Positions 57,001-64,000 of a DNA stretch of 64,000 bases are shown in pieces. The position numbers were made by a program, and so were the translations under genes. The notes under the pieces were generated by a model. The model saw nothing but the letters and a program-made list of their open reading frames with translations. It ran no database searches and had not been told where the DNA came from. Within the stretch, counting starts at the first letter, position 1, and every line of letters starts with the position of its first letter. Source of the DNA: Pontibacter sp. G13 (GTDB lineage Bacteria > Bacteroidota > Bacteroidia > J057); assembly GCF_031851795.1 (NCBI RefSeq), contig NZ_CP134696.1, forward strand, positions 1,295,576 to 1,359,575, read 5' to 3'.

Positions 57001-57320
57001 ACGCCACATCCCCCCTCGGCGATGGAGCTTGGATGCCATGCAAGCTCAGGGAGATTCCACCTCTGCCCCCGATGCGCGGGCCTTTGCTGATGGCAGGCTG
57101 GAATGACGGTTCTATTTTTCATTTGCTCAGCCCTGCGGGCGCCCAACCGCAAACCCCGTTGCAGGGACGTGGGATCCCTGATAAATCCCGCTTCGCACCG
57201 ATGCCAACGCGGGGATTTTCAGGGATGAGGTGAAAAGGGGGAAGGCTGGACTAGCAAGAGCCGGATTACCCGCGGCCCTTTTCACTGCCCGAAATCCGCC
57301 TCAGTCAGGAAAAATGATGG
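54045..57320. repeat. ~3.3-kb non-coding mosaic tandem-repeat array (5-6 units of ~550-800 bp built from modules of ~110, ~130, ~100 and ~330 bp)
   Basis: Module A (ATGATGGTTGAACAACTATACAAGC.CTATGCC...GATCGGGAATCTCCTGAGCGC) recurs at ~54607, 55964, 56755 and (truncated) 57303. Module B (GAAGCATCCTGCCATGCGCAAAAAATGCCTCATCCCGCAAAATTTCGACGCGATGGCGCCTGTGGGCAGGGAAATTTATGCGGG...GGTTTTTTGCCAAGCG) recurs at least 8 times. Module C1 ends in TCAGGGATGAGGTGAAA at ~54513, 55303, 55866, 56667 and 57226. All ORFs in the region are short and lie on both strands. Confidence 0.8.
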
Positions 57321-57620
57321 TTGAACAACTATGCAAGCGCTGTAGGCGCGACACATCACAGACAAGGGTTTCCAACCCTTGATCTGCTTGAAGCGTAGGG
57401 CTGGCTTGTGGCGGCGATAGGGATGGGAAGGGCGAGCCGACAGGCGAGGTCCGAGGCCTCCGGTGATCTCTGGCGGCGCATTTGACTCTGGTACGATCAG
57501 CTTTCCGAGAAAGAATCCGAGGACGGGAGCGCCAGCGTACCCCTGGATCAGCCCGCCCGGCGACTCGGATGCCCCGCGCACACCTCCCACTCCACACGCC
57601 GGGATCGCCCAAATGATGAT
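57320..57620. repeat. Right terminal element of the tandem-repeat locus (dispersed-repeat family)
   Basis: Contains GGCGAGGTCCGAGGC and ATCCGAGGACGGGAGCGCCAGCGTACCCCTGGATCAGCCCGCCCGGCGACTC, shared with 12890-13110. Its reverse complement matches 21400-21600. Confidence 0.6.
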
Positions 57621-57773
57621 TCATGTCCCAATCATCAAAACTCGCATTCTTCCATGACCAAAATTTGCCCAGACATAGACAGATGTATGCTGGAAAATGA
57701 CCTTTTTTCCTGAACTTTGCCGATCCAAGAGAAATGCCCTCGCGCGGATTTCTCCATTTCCGATACTGCTGTT

Positions 57774-60155
57774 ATGCACGCACGACTCCTTACTGTACTC
57801 TACCTAGCCGTGATCGCTGGCCTATCGCCACTCATGGCTCAAGATTTTCAGACCTCCCTACGTGGTAAGGTTCAGGAAGCCCAGATTTTGGCTCCTATCA
57901 CACAAGCAACCCTTACTTTGACCCAAGCCGGCAACGAGGCATCCACCCATACGGTGATGACTGACGAAACTGGCGGGTATAGATTTGACGATATTCCGTC
58001 TGGGAGATACACGCTCCAAGTATCGGCTACGGGGTATGAATCCGTGGAGGAACCGGGTTTGGTTCTCCATGCCGGAAAGCAACGGGTGCTGGACATCGAG
58101 TTGCCTTCGGCCAGTTTTGCCACGGAGGAAGTTCTGCTCATCGCCACCAATCCCCGGACATTGAATCGGGTATCCACCCGCACGATCACTGTAGAAGAAA
58201 CCAAGCGATTTGCGGCGGTCTATTTCGATCCGGCGCGGATGGCCACTTCCTTCCCCGGAGTGGTCGGGACAGACGATCAGGCCAACAACCTCGTCATTCG
58301 CGGCAACTCCCCCAATGGTATGCGCTGGCGGCTGGAAGGCATGGATATCGTCAATCCCAACCACCTCACCAATGCAGGCACCCAGACTGACCGCCTCACC
58401 CAGAATGGCGGTGGAACCATCCTGGTGAGCTCGCAAATGCTTGATCAATCCACCTTCTCGACAGGTGCATTCTCGGCTGAATACGGCAATGCGCTCTCGG
58501 GCTTGATGGACATGCAGTTTCGCAATGGCAACAACGAGCGCTATGAGTTCACGGGACAGATCGGGCTGATCGGAATCGACCTCTCTGCGGAAGGCCCTAT
58601 TTCCAAAGCATCGGGAAGCTCTTTCTTGGCAAATTATCGGTACTCCACCGTCGGACTGATCACCTCGCTGGGGGTGGACTTCGGCGATGAAAACATCCAG
58701 TACCAGGACCTCTCTTTCAAGGTGCATGTACCTACCGAACGAGCGGGCGTGTTCTCCATCTGGGCAATGGGCGGATTGAGTTCCAATGTATTCACCAGTC
58801 CCCGTCCCGACACCTTGACCGACCAAAAAGAGCAATTTGACATCGACTTCGCCTCCAACATGGGCGCAATCGGCGTCAATCACCAATTGGCCATAGGCTC
58901 AAGAACCCTCTGGAAATCAGGCCTGGCAGCCTCGGGTATCCAGTCTGAGCGTTCAGGTTGGTTGCTTCAAGAGTCCGCTCCGAGTAACCGTATCCAATAC
59001 GACGAACTAATCAATTCACGGATCTCCTTCCGGACGGCCATCGCCCATCAACTCAATGACAAATCCACCTTTGAGGGAGGGGTTTTCCTGAGTCAGATTT
59101 CCAACACGACTCGAATCGAACAAGCTTCCCTTACGGAGCCTGAACTTATTCAGGTATTGGCAGACCACAGCGGATCAGATTTATTGGTAGAGCCTTATGT
59201 GAAGGGTCAATTCCCTGTTGGGCAGCGTATCCAGCTTCATGTGGGCCTCCACGGAATGTGGCTTCAGGACAATGGGAGCTTCTCGCTGGAACCACGATTC
59301 GCAGCAGATGTCCGGGTAGCTCCTCAGCACAAGTTGAGATTGGCCTATGGGCTTCACAGCCAGATGCAAATGCCTGCGGTCTACTACACCACCTTTGAAG
59401 ATCAGGATGGAGCGCTTGTTTCCCCGAATGCCGACCTAGGCTTCACCCGGGCGCACCATGTGGTGTTGGGGTACAATTTCCAACCGACTCCGGGATTTGT
59501 GGTGAAAGTAGAGCCGTACTTCCAGCGGATGTTCAATGTGCCTGTTTCCACAAACCCATTCAGCACCTTCTCCACGCTCAACCTGCTGGAAGGCTATGTG
59601 ACCGACACGCTCGAGAATTCAGGGATCGGCACCAATTACGGGATTGACCTGAGTGTCGAGCAATGGCTGACGGACACCTACTACTACCTCTTGAGTGGTT
59701 CTTGGTATCAAGCCAATTTCCGAGCTGCAGATGGTGTGGTACGGGATGCGCGCTACAATGGTCGATTTAGCTTGGCGGCATCTGGTGGAGCGGAATTTGA
59801 TCGTATGACCCAGAAGGGCAAGAACAAGATTTTTGGCGTGAATGCACGCATACTCTATCGAGGTGGGTTCATGGCGGCCCCCGTAGACCTGGATGCTAGC
59901 CGCGAAATGGCCCGCACCATTTACGACGAATCCAATGGATTTACGGAGCAATTGCCGGACTATGCGCGGGTGGATCTTCGGATTATCTTCAAACGCAACA
60001 AGGCGAAGTTTACCCGGACCTTCAGCTTCGATATCCAGAATGTCCTCAATACCCAAAACATCGCTTACAAATACTACGATGTAGTGTTGGACGAAGAGGT
60101 CACCAAATACCAACTGGGCCTGATTCCACTCCTCAGCTATCGACTTGAATTTTAG
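57774..60155 (+). CDS. TonB-dependent outer-membrane receptor with N-terminal carboxypeptidase-regulatory-like domain
   Basis: Signal peptide MHARLLTVLYLAVIAGLSPLMAQ. CarboxypepD_reg-like block GKVQEAQ...GGYRFDDIPSGRYTLQVSATGYE. Plug domain and C-terminal beta-barrel ending in an aromatic residue (...SYRLEF). The ORF-track start is 57717. Confidence 0.8.
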   Translation: MHARLLTVLYLAVIAGLSPLMAQDFQTSLRGKVQEAQILAPITQATLTLTQAGNEASTHTVMTDETGGYRFDDIPSGRYTLQVSATGYESVEEPGLVLHAGKQRVLDIELPSASFATEEVLLIATNPRTLNRVSTRTITVEETKRFAAVYFDPARMATSFPGVVGTDDQANNLVIRGNSPNGMRWRLEGMDIVNPNHLTNAGTQTDRLTQNGGGTILVSSQMLDQSTFSTGAFSAEYGNALSGLMDMQFRNGNNERYEFTGQIGLIGIDLSAEGPISKASGSSFLANYRYSTVGLITSLGVDFGDENIQYQDLSFKVHVPTERAGVFSIWAMGGLSSNVFTSPRPDTLTDQKEQFDIDFASNMGAIGVNHQLAIGSRTLWKSGLAASGIQSERSGWLLQESAPSNRIQYDELINSRISFRTAIAHQLNDKSTFEGGVFLSQISNTTRIEQASLTEPELIQVLADHSGSDLLVEPYVKGQFPVGQRIQLHVGLHGMWLQDNGSFSLEPRFAADVRVAPQHKLRLAYGLHSQMQMPAVYYTTFEDQDGALVSPNADLGFTRAHHVVLGYNFQPTPGFVVKVEPYFQRMFNVPVSTNPFSTFSTLNLLEGYVTDTLENSGIGTNYGIDLSVEQWLTDTYYYLLSGSWYQANFRAADGVVRDARYNGRFSLAASGGAEFDRMTQKGKNKIFGVNARILYRGGFMAAPVDLDASREMARTIYDESNGFTEQLPDYARVDLRIIFKRNKAKFTRTFSFDIQNVLNTQNIAYKYYDVVLDEEVTKYQLGLIPLLSYRLEF

Positions 60156-60198
60156 GGATTGCTGCTCCAATCCTCTGATATTCAAACTTGATCATCTT

Positions 60199-60244
60199 CC
60201 CCGAAAGTCCTGTTGAGCTGGGCTTTCGGGGAATGCGTTTTTTC
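60199..60244 (+). terminator. Terminator-like hairpin after the TonB-dependent receptor gene
   Basis: CCCCGAAAG (60199-60207) / CTTTCGGGG (60223-60231) form a 9-bp stem, followed by a T-run at 60238-60244. Confidence 0.45.
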
Positions 60245-60348
60245 ACCTGAAGGGTTGACTGTAGGCAATCGAGAATTTCGATGACGGAATTAGCTTGCGT
60301 GATACCGAAGTGAAATGCAAATTGTAGCCTCCAAATTCCTTATATCGC

Positions 60349-60711
60349 ATGATTAAGCCCCTTAACATTGGCCTTTGCTTCCTGTTCTCGTTGTTCGCAT
60401 GGTTTCAGCTGAATGATCCTGATGGGGTCGTATGGGCCGTATTCTATGGCGTGATCGCTGTCTATGCGGCATTGACTCGCCCAGGCCGGATGACGCTGCC
60501 CCTGTTGATTCTCCTGATATTCTGTCTCTCCGGAATGGTCGCTTTCGCTGGCGGATTCGTGGAGTTCCTCACCAATCAGGACAATATTGGGTTCGCAGAA
60601 GGGATGCAAAACAACTATCCCTACATCGAGGAGGCCCGAGAATTTGGAGGATTGACGATCGCTGCCATGATGGTCATGCTCTTGTATCGTCAAAGCAAGC
60701 AACCCGCCTAA
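60349..60711 (+). CDS. Hypothetical 4-TM membrane protein
   Basis: 120 aa with four clear hydrophobic helices. I prefer it over the overlapping minus-strand ORF 60340..60867, which has no protein-like features. Confidence 0.4.
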   Translation: MIKPLNIGLCFLFSLFAWFQLNDPDGVVWAVFYGVIAVYAALTRPGRMTLPLLILLIFCLSGMVAFAGGFVEFLTNQDNIGFAEGMQNNYPYIEEAREFGGLTIAAMMVMLLYRQSKQPA

Positions 60712-60831
60712 CCTATCCCCTGACATATTTAGGTTTGCCTGCCGGACCGCCACCCGAGAACAGAATCTGCACGTCTGTAGTTTCTGAAGAATCTTGGTTG
60801 CGCGTATTTCACGATAGGATTTCCAGCACAT

Positions 60832-60868
60832 AAAAAAACAGTCCTGCTTAATCAGGACTGTTTCCAAT
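60832..60868. terminator. Strong hairpin flanked by an A-run and a short T-run (bidirectional terminator-like)
   Basis: AAAAAAA (60832-60838), then CAGTCCTG (60839-60846), loop CTTAAT, CAGGACTG (60853-60860), then TTTCC. Confidence 0.4.
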
Positions 60869-61075
60869 TGGGATTTTTCTTGTTGGCTAAATGTACCGAC
60901 TTGTCACTAAATCGGTTGTTTGGCGAACCCGTTCTTGTGAACACCCCTGTTCATTTTGATCGGGACAATCGCACTTGATCAAATTCCATGCCAGCAATGG
61001 GAATGTATCTATCGCCAAAGCAAATATTTTTCAGGAAATTTCCACCCAACAAACTAAACCACTGATTACGAGGAG

Positions 61076-61984
61076 ATGCCCCATTTAATTTCGATCGTCG
61101 GCCCCACCGGAGTAGGAAAAACCCAGCTTTCTGTACAGTTGGCGCAACACTATCAGACCGAAATATTATCGGGTGATTCGCGGCAGATGTACCGGAAGAT
61201 GGACATTGGCACGGCAAAACCGACCATTGAGGAGCGCTCCGGCATTCCGCATCATTTTCTGGACACCCTCGATCCAGACCAATCATACAGTCCCGGACAA
61301 TTTGAGCGAGACGCCAGCGAATTGCTCGAACAATTGTTCCGCACCCATGAAGTAGCCATCATGGTAGGGGGCTCTACCCTGTACATGGAAAGCTTCTGGT
61401 ACCAAATGAATGAGATGCCGGAAGTACCTGCCGAGGTCCGTGAAAAGCTCAATCAGGAGTTCAAGGAATCCGGCTTGGGGGAGCTTCTAGAGGAACTGAT
61501 GCGGGTAGATCCATTTACCTACGAAGTGGTAGATCGCGCCAATCCCGCCAGAATCATCCGAGCGCTGGAGGTATATCGAGCTTCAGGGACGCCGATTTCG
61601 ACGTTTCGCACAGGCCGAAAGCCCAAGGTGAGACCCTACAAAATCCATAAGATCGGCCTGACGGACAATCGGGATCTGCTATACAACCGCATCAACCTCC
61701 GCGTAGATCAAATGATCGAATCAGGGCTTGAGGCGGAAGTGCGTAATTTGTGGGACGCCGGATATCAGGAAGAAGATCCGGGAATCAAGTCGATTGGGTA
61801 TCAGGAATGGTATCCGTACTTCCGGGAGGAATACGATCGGGAAGAAGCCATCAGACTAATCAAGCGGAATAGCCGCAGGTATGCCAAGCGTCAACTCACC
61901 TTTTATCGGAGGCATGAGGATATCGAATGGTTTCAAGCTGGCCAGTGGGATACTGTCCGGGAGTGGCTCAGTGAGCAGATTTGA
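61076..61984 (+). CDS. miaA: tRNA dimethylallyltransferase
   Basis: P-loop ISIVGPTGVGKTQLSVQLA followed by ILSGDSRQMYRKMDIGTAKPT. Collinear with MiaA. Confidence 0.9.
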   Translation: MPHLISIVGPTGVGKTQLSVQLAQHYQTEILSGDSRQMYRKMDIGTAKPTIEERSGIPHHFLDTLDPDQSYSPGQFERDASELLEQLFRTHEVAIMVGGSTLYMESFWYQMNEMPEVPAEVREKLNQEFKESGLGELLEELMRVDPFTYEVVDRANPARIIRALEVYRASGTPISTFRTGRKPKVRPYKIHKIGLTDNRDLLYNRINLRVDQMIESGLEAEVRNLWDAGYQEEDPGIKSIGYQEWYPYFREEYDREEAIRLIKRNSRRYAKRQLTFYRRHEDIEWFQAGQWDTVREWLSEQI

Positions 61985-62020
61985 GGTACTTCGAATCCCG
62001 CCATTTTAGGTTGAGACGAG

Positions 62021-62431
62021 CTATTGGGCCCATTCGGGAGCGGCTTCCATGCGCTCGAAATAGATCGGCGTGTCCGTATCGATATGATTGGCGTCGCGGA
62101 TAGTGAGCCGGATCTGCCGTGAACCGGAATTCGGGTTCATGGGCGAACCCTGAAAGAGCGTCCCATCAAATTCCAGTCCGGGGACATCTGCTTCCAGCGA
62201 AACGCGGCCAGCAGATACACAGTCATCCCCAGTCAGCTTGAGGATTGTCAACACAGAATCCTGATGGGTAATCTCCACGATCTCCCGATGAAAAACCCCT
62301 TCAGGACATTGGTAGTCAACGCCCTCCCAGACACCTGTAAGATTGGGAATAGCAGGGGGGCGGGAACAGTGGGACAATGAAATGGCCAAGACCGTTAAGG
62401 CAAAGAAGGGCAGACTCCGAAAATTCAACAT
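62021..62431 (-). CDS. Hypothetical lipoprotein
   Basis: MLNFRSLPFFALTVLAISLSHC gives a lipobox-like signal. No family recognised. The ORF-track start is 62458. Confidence 0.35.
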   Translation of the reverse strand: MLNFRSLPFFALTVLAISLSHCSRPPAIPNLTGVWEGVDYQCPEGVFHREIVEITHQDSVLTILKLTGDDCVSAGRVSLEADVPGLEFDGTLFQGSPMNPNSGSRQIRLTIRDANHIDTDTPIYFERMEAAPEWAQ

Positions 62432-62642
62432 GCAGGAAATCGCTAGGGGAAATGACAAACACCCGAAAGTTCGGAAAATTCACATCGTGAGGCAACTTTG
62501 AGCGATGACGGTATCCGCAACTTCTCCCAATCCAAAGAGGAGAATTTGTCGCCTCCGCTACGTAACCTCCACGGAATCTTGGTATTTTTCAACGTTGGCG
62601 GTTAGTTTCCCTGCCTTTCTACCCTACGAGATTCCGATATCC

Positions 62643-64000
62643 ATGAACCCTTCTTCTCGTCATCTTCCTTTCGTAGCCTGTTGGCTCTTGTTCGCCATGC
62701 TCCTCTTGGGGTGTCCCGCTCCACGTGGAATGGTCCAGCAGTCAGCCTCCATCCAGCAGGCAAAAGCGCTACCTACCCGCAATGATCTGGTCGGAAGGTT
62801 GCGCCAAGACCGAACCCTGACCCTTGTCTACGGAACCGGCGATCCCGAAGCAGCAGCATTCTACGCAGGGTTGAAGGATTCATTGGATGGCATCTCCAGA
62901 TATCTCACCTATCGACTCCAGCCAGACACCGCCTATCTGGATAGCCCCCTTCCGGGCATGGTAGTCGCAGTAGGCACCCCCGAGCACAATCCTGTTCTTC
63001 AACAAATCATGGATGCGCTGCCGATCGAGATGGATTCCAATCGGTTGTCCGCATTCGGACAGGCTATCACAGGGGATGAACTGGTGTTGAATATGGGGCT
63101 TTACCCGCATCCCATCCAGCGAGGTTCCGGCTTTGCGATGGTGGCCGGCAATACCGAGCAGGCTGTGCGATCCTACATGGAGCATTTGCTTGGGCAACCC
63201 AATCGGCGTCTGATCAACTCCAACTGGGGGATGGTGATGCTCTCGAATAATGAGCGACTGGTGATGGCCAATTACGGCGCTGACTGGGAGCCAGATCCCC
63301 AACAGGTATGGACGTTTCTGCCGGAGGATAGCCCATCCCGGCAACTGGATGGTATCACGATTCGGCTTCATGGATTGGAAATGGACAGTACGGACCGAAT
63401 CCAATTGATGGATCGACTCGTGGCCAGGCGGGATGAGATCTTCGACTATCTCCATCGACCCGACTTGAAAAGCGAGGCAACACTCCACCTTTATGGTAGC
63501 GCGGAAGAAATGGGGCTCCGTGCCGGTCAAATGCTCCACAGCTTCCTCGACAAATCGGAAACCGAAGCCCACCAAATCTGGCATCCCGCATACTCCGGAA
63601 ATGATCCAGAACCACTCAATCAGCTTTGGGTACAGGCGGCAATGGGACCGGCGGCCACGCCAGCACTAGCCCAAGGAATGGCGCTGATGTTCAGCCCCAA
63701 GTGGCAAAAGGAAGGCGCGCTTTACTGGGCGGCAAGACTGGTTCATTCGGGGGATGTACTGACGCTCGACCAATTGACCGATCGCACGTACTTCCGGCAT
63801 GAATCCGATCTCGTCGCCGGAGCTTTTTCTGCGGCATTGGTGGATTTCCTGCTGGTGGAATGGGGGCAGGACACGTTGCTTGAGCGATATGCACATTGGA
63901 CCTACCAATCCTCCGACAGTCTCGAATCCAAGTGGCAAACCTACCTCCAATTGCTTGCTTCCACCTATCCGGTCTTGGACACAGGGCCTCGTCCCCTCCA
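62643..64000 (+). CDS. Hypothetical lipoprotein, partial (continues beyond the window end)
   Basis: My own translation from the ATG at 62643 gives MNPSSRHLPFVACWLLFAMLLLGCPAPRG..., open for >450 codons to the window end. It is absent from the ORF track because it has no stop. The minus-strand ORFs 62880..63584 and 63666..63950 are its shadows. Confidence 0.5.
   Translation, partial: MNPSSRHLPFVACWLLFAMLLLGCPAPRGMVQQSASIQQAKALPTRNDLVGRLRQDRTLTLVYGTGDPEAAAFYAGLKDSLDGISRYLTYRLQPDTAYLDSPLPGMVVAVGTPEHNPVLQQIMDALPIEMDSNRLSAFGQAITGDELVLNMGLYPHPIQRGSGFAMVAGNTEQAVRSYMEHLLGQPNRRLINSNWGMVMLSNNERLVMANYGADWEPDPQQVWTFLPEDSPSRQLDGITIRLHGLEMDSTDRIQLMDRLVARRDEIFDYLHRPDLKSEATLHLYGSAEEMGLRAGQMLHSFLDKSETEAHQIWHPAYSGNDPEPLNQLWVQAAMGPAATPALAQGMALMFSPKWQKEGALYWAARLVHSGDVLTLDQLTDRTYFRHESDLVAGAFSAALVDFLLVEWGQDTLLERYAHWTYQSSDSLESKWQTYLQLLASTYPVLDTGPRPL

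Noticed and set aside
54067-57233. Dozens of 60-190-aa ORFs on both strands inside the repeat array (e.g. 54613..55176, 56832..57233, 56233..56592)
   Set aside because: They are repeated copies of one another generated by the DNA repeats and are read on both strands and in several frames. They are Ala/Arg/Pro/Gly-rich, as expected from GC-rich non-coding DNA. No start or stop context is conserved between copies.
54045-57320. Possible CRISPR array, because of the many regularly recurring sequence blocks
   Set aside because: Repeat modules are 100-330 bp, mosaic and adjacent to each other, with no short (~30-40 bp) unique spacers. No cas genes are nearby. This is a tandem or satellite-like repeat, not a CRISPR.
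57858-60185. Minus-strand ORFs 57858..58886 (342 aa) and 59619..60185 (188 aa)
   Set aside because: They are antisense to the TonB-dependent receptor, whose plug and barrel motifs and C-terminal aromatic residue support the + strand reading.
60340-60867. 175-aa minus-strand ORF
   Set aside because: It overlaps the + strand 4-TM membrane-protein ORF 60349..60711 almost completely. The + frame has regular hydrophobic helices, whereas the minus frame is Cys/Arg/His-rich without structure. The + strand is preferred, with low confidence.
62880-63950. Minus-strand ORFs 62880..63584 (234 aa) and 63666..63950
   Set aside because: A longer stop-free + strand frame (62643 to the window end) begins with a lipoprotein signal peptide. 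The minus ORFs are shorter, overlap each other's frames and lack features.

Overview
This 64-kb window looks like chromosomal DNA from a Gram-negative organism, probably Bacteroidota-like. The gene content points that way: a CarboxypepD_reg-type TonB-dependent receptor, a PD40/amidohydrolase fusion, a ThuA-PKD-cytochrome c giant protein, a membrane-bound LytTR regulator, and tightly packed or overlapping genes with few obvious Shine-Dalgarno sites. I called 45 coding sequences; coding density is high.

The left third (1-17.8 kb) is a cell-envelope glycoconjugate and lipid modification island. It holds a partial Wza-like polysaccharide exporter and a translationally coupled run of an SDR epimerase/dehydratase, an FAD oxidoreductase, a NodB-type deacetylase, two small ArnE/ArnF-like flippase subunits, a GT2 polyprenyl-phosphate glycosyltransferase and a GT-C ArnT-like transferase. 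That arrangement resembles the Arn/Lgm lipid-A aminosugar pathway. It is followed by wecB, a WbpB-like Gfo/Idh oxidoreductase and a ROK kinase.

Next comes a minus-strand operon of a fatty-acyl-AMP ligase, a stand-alone ACP, a cytochrome P450 and an MBOAT, with a convergent membrane-anchored SGNH-like protein. This looks like a Dlt-like, carrier-protein-dependent trans-membrane acylation system.

The centre of the window (25.1-33.8 kb) holds a four-gene minus-strand operon that I consider the most unusual system here. It encodes a YqiJ/NfeD-like membrane protein, a long coiled-coil flotillin (SPFH), a lipoprotein and a 1,658-aa protein with a C-terminal MoxR-like AAA+ module.

The right part carries housekeeping genes (dapB, pyrE, a NuoC-like gene, serC, an inorganic pyrophosphatase, miaA), plus TetR, GNAT, DoxX, OmpA-like, a TonB-dependent receptor and a ThuA/PQQ-dehydrogenase/PKD/cytochrome c giant protein.

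There is also a ~3.3-kb non-coding mosaic tandem-repeat array (about 54.0-57.3 kb). It is flanked by inverted copies of a ~300-bp dispersed repeat element. Further copies of that element lie at ~12.9, ~21.3-21.9 and ~45.0 kb, each in an intergenic position. The many ORFs predicted inside the array and on strands opposite long genes are treated as spurious.

Some 'M' start residues in the ORF track are actually TTG or GTG codons, so several start coordinates were re-chosen by eye and remain uncertain.
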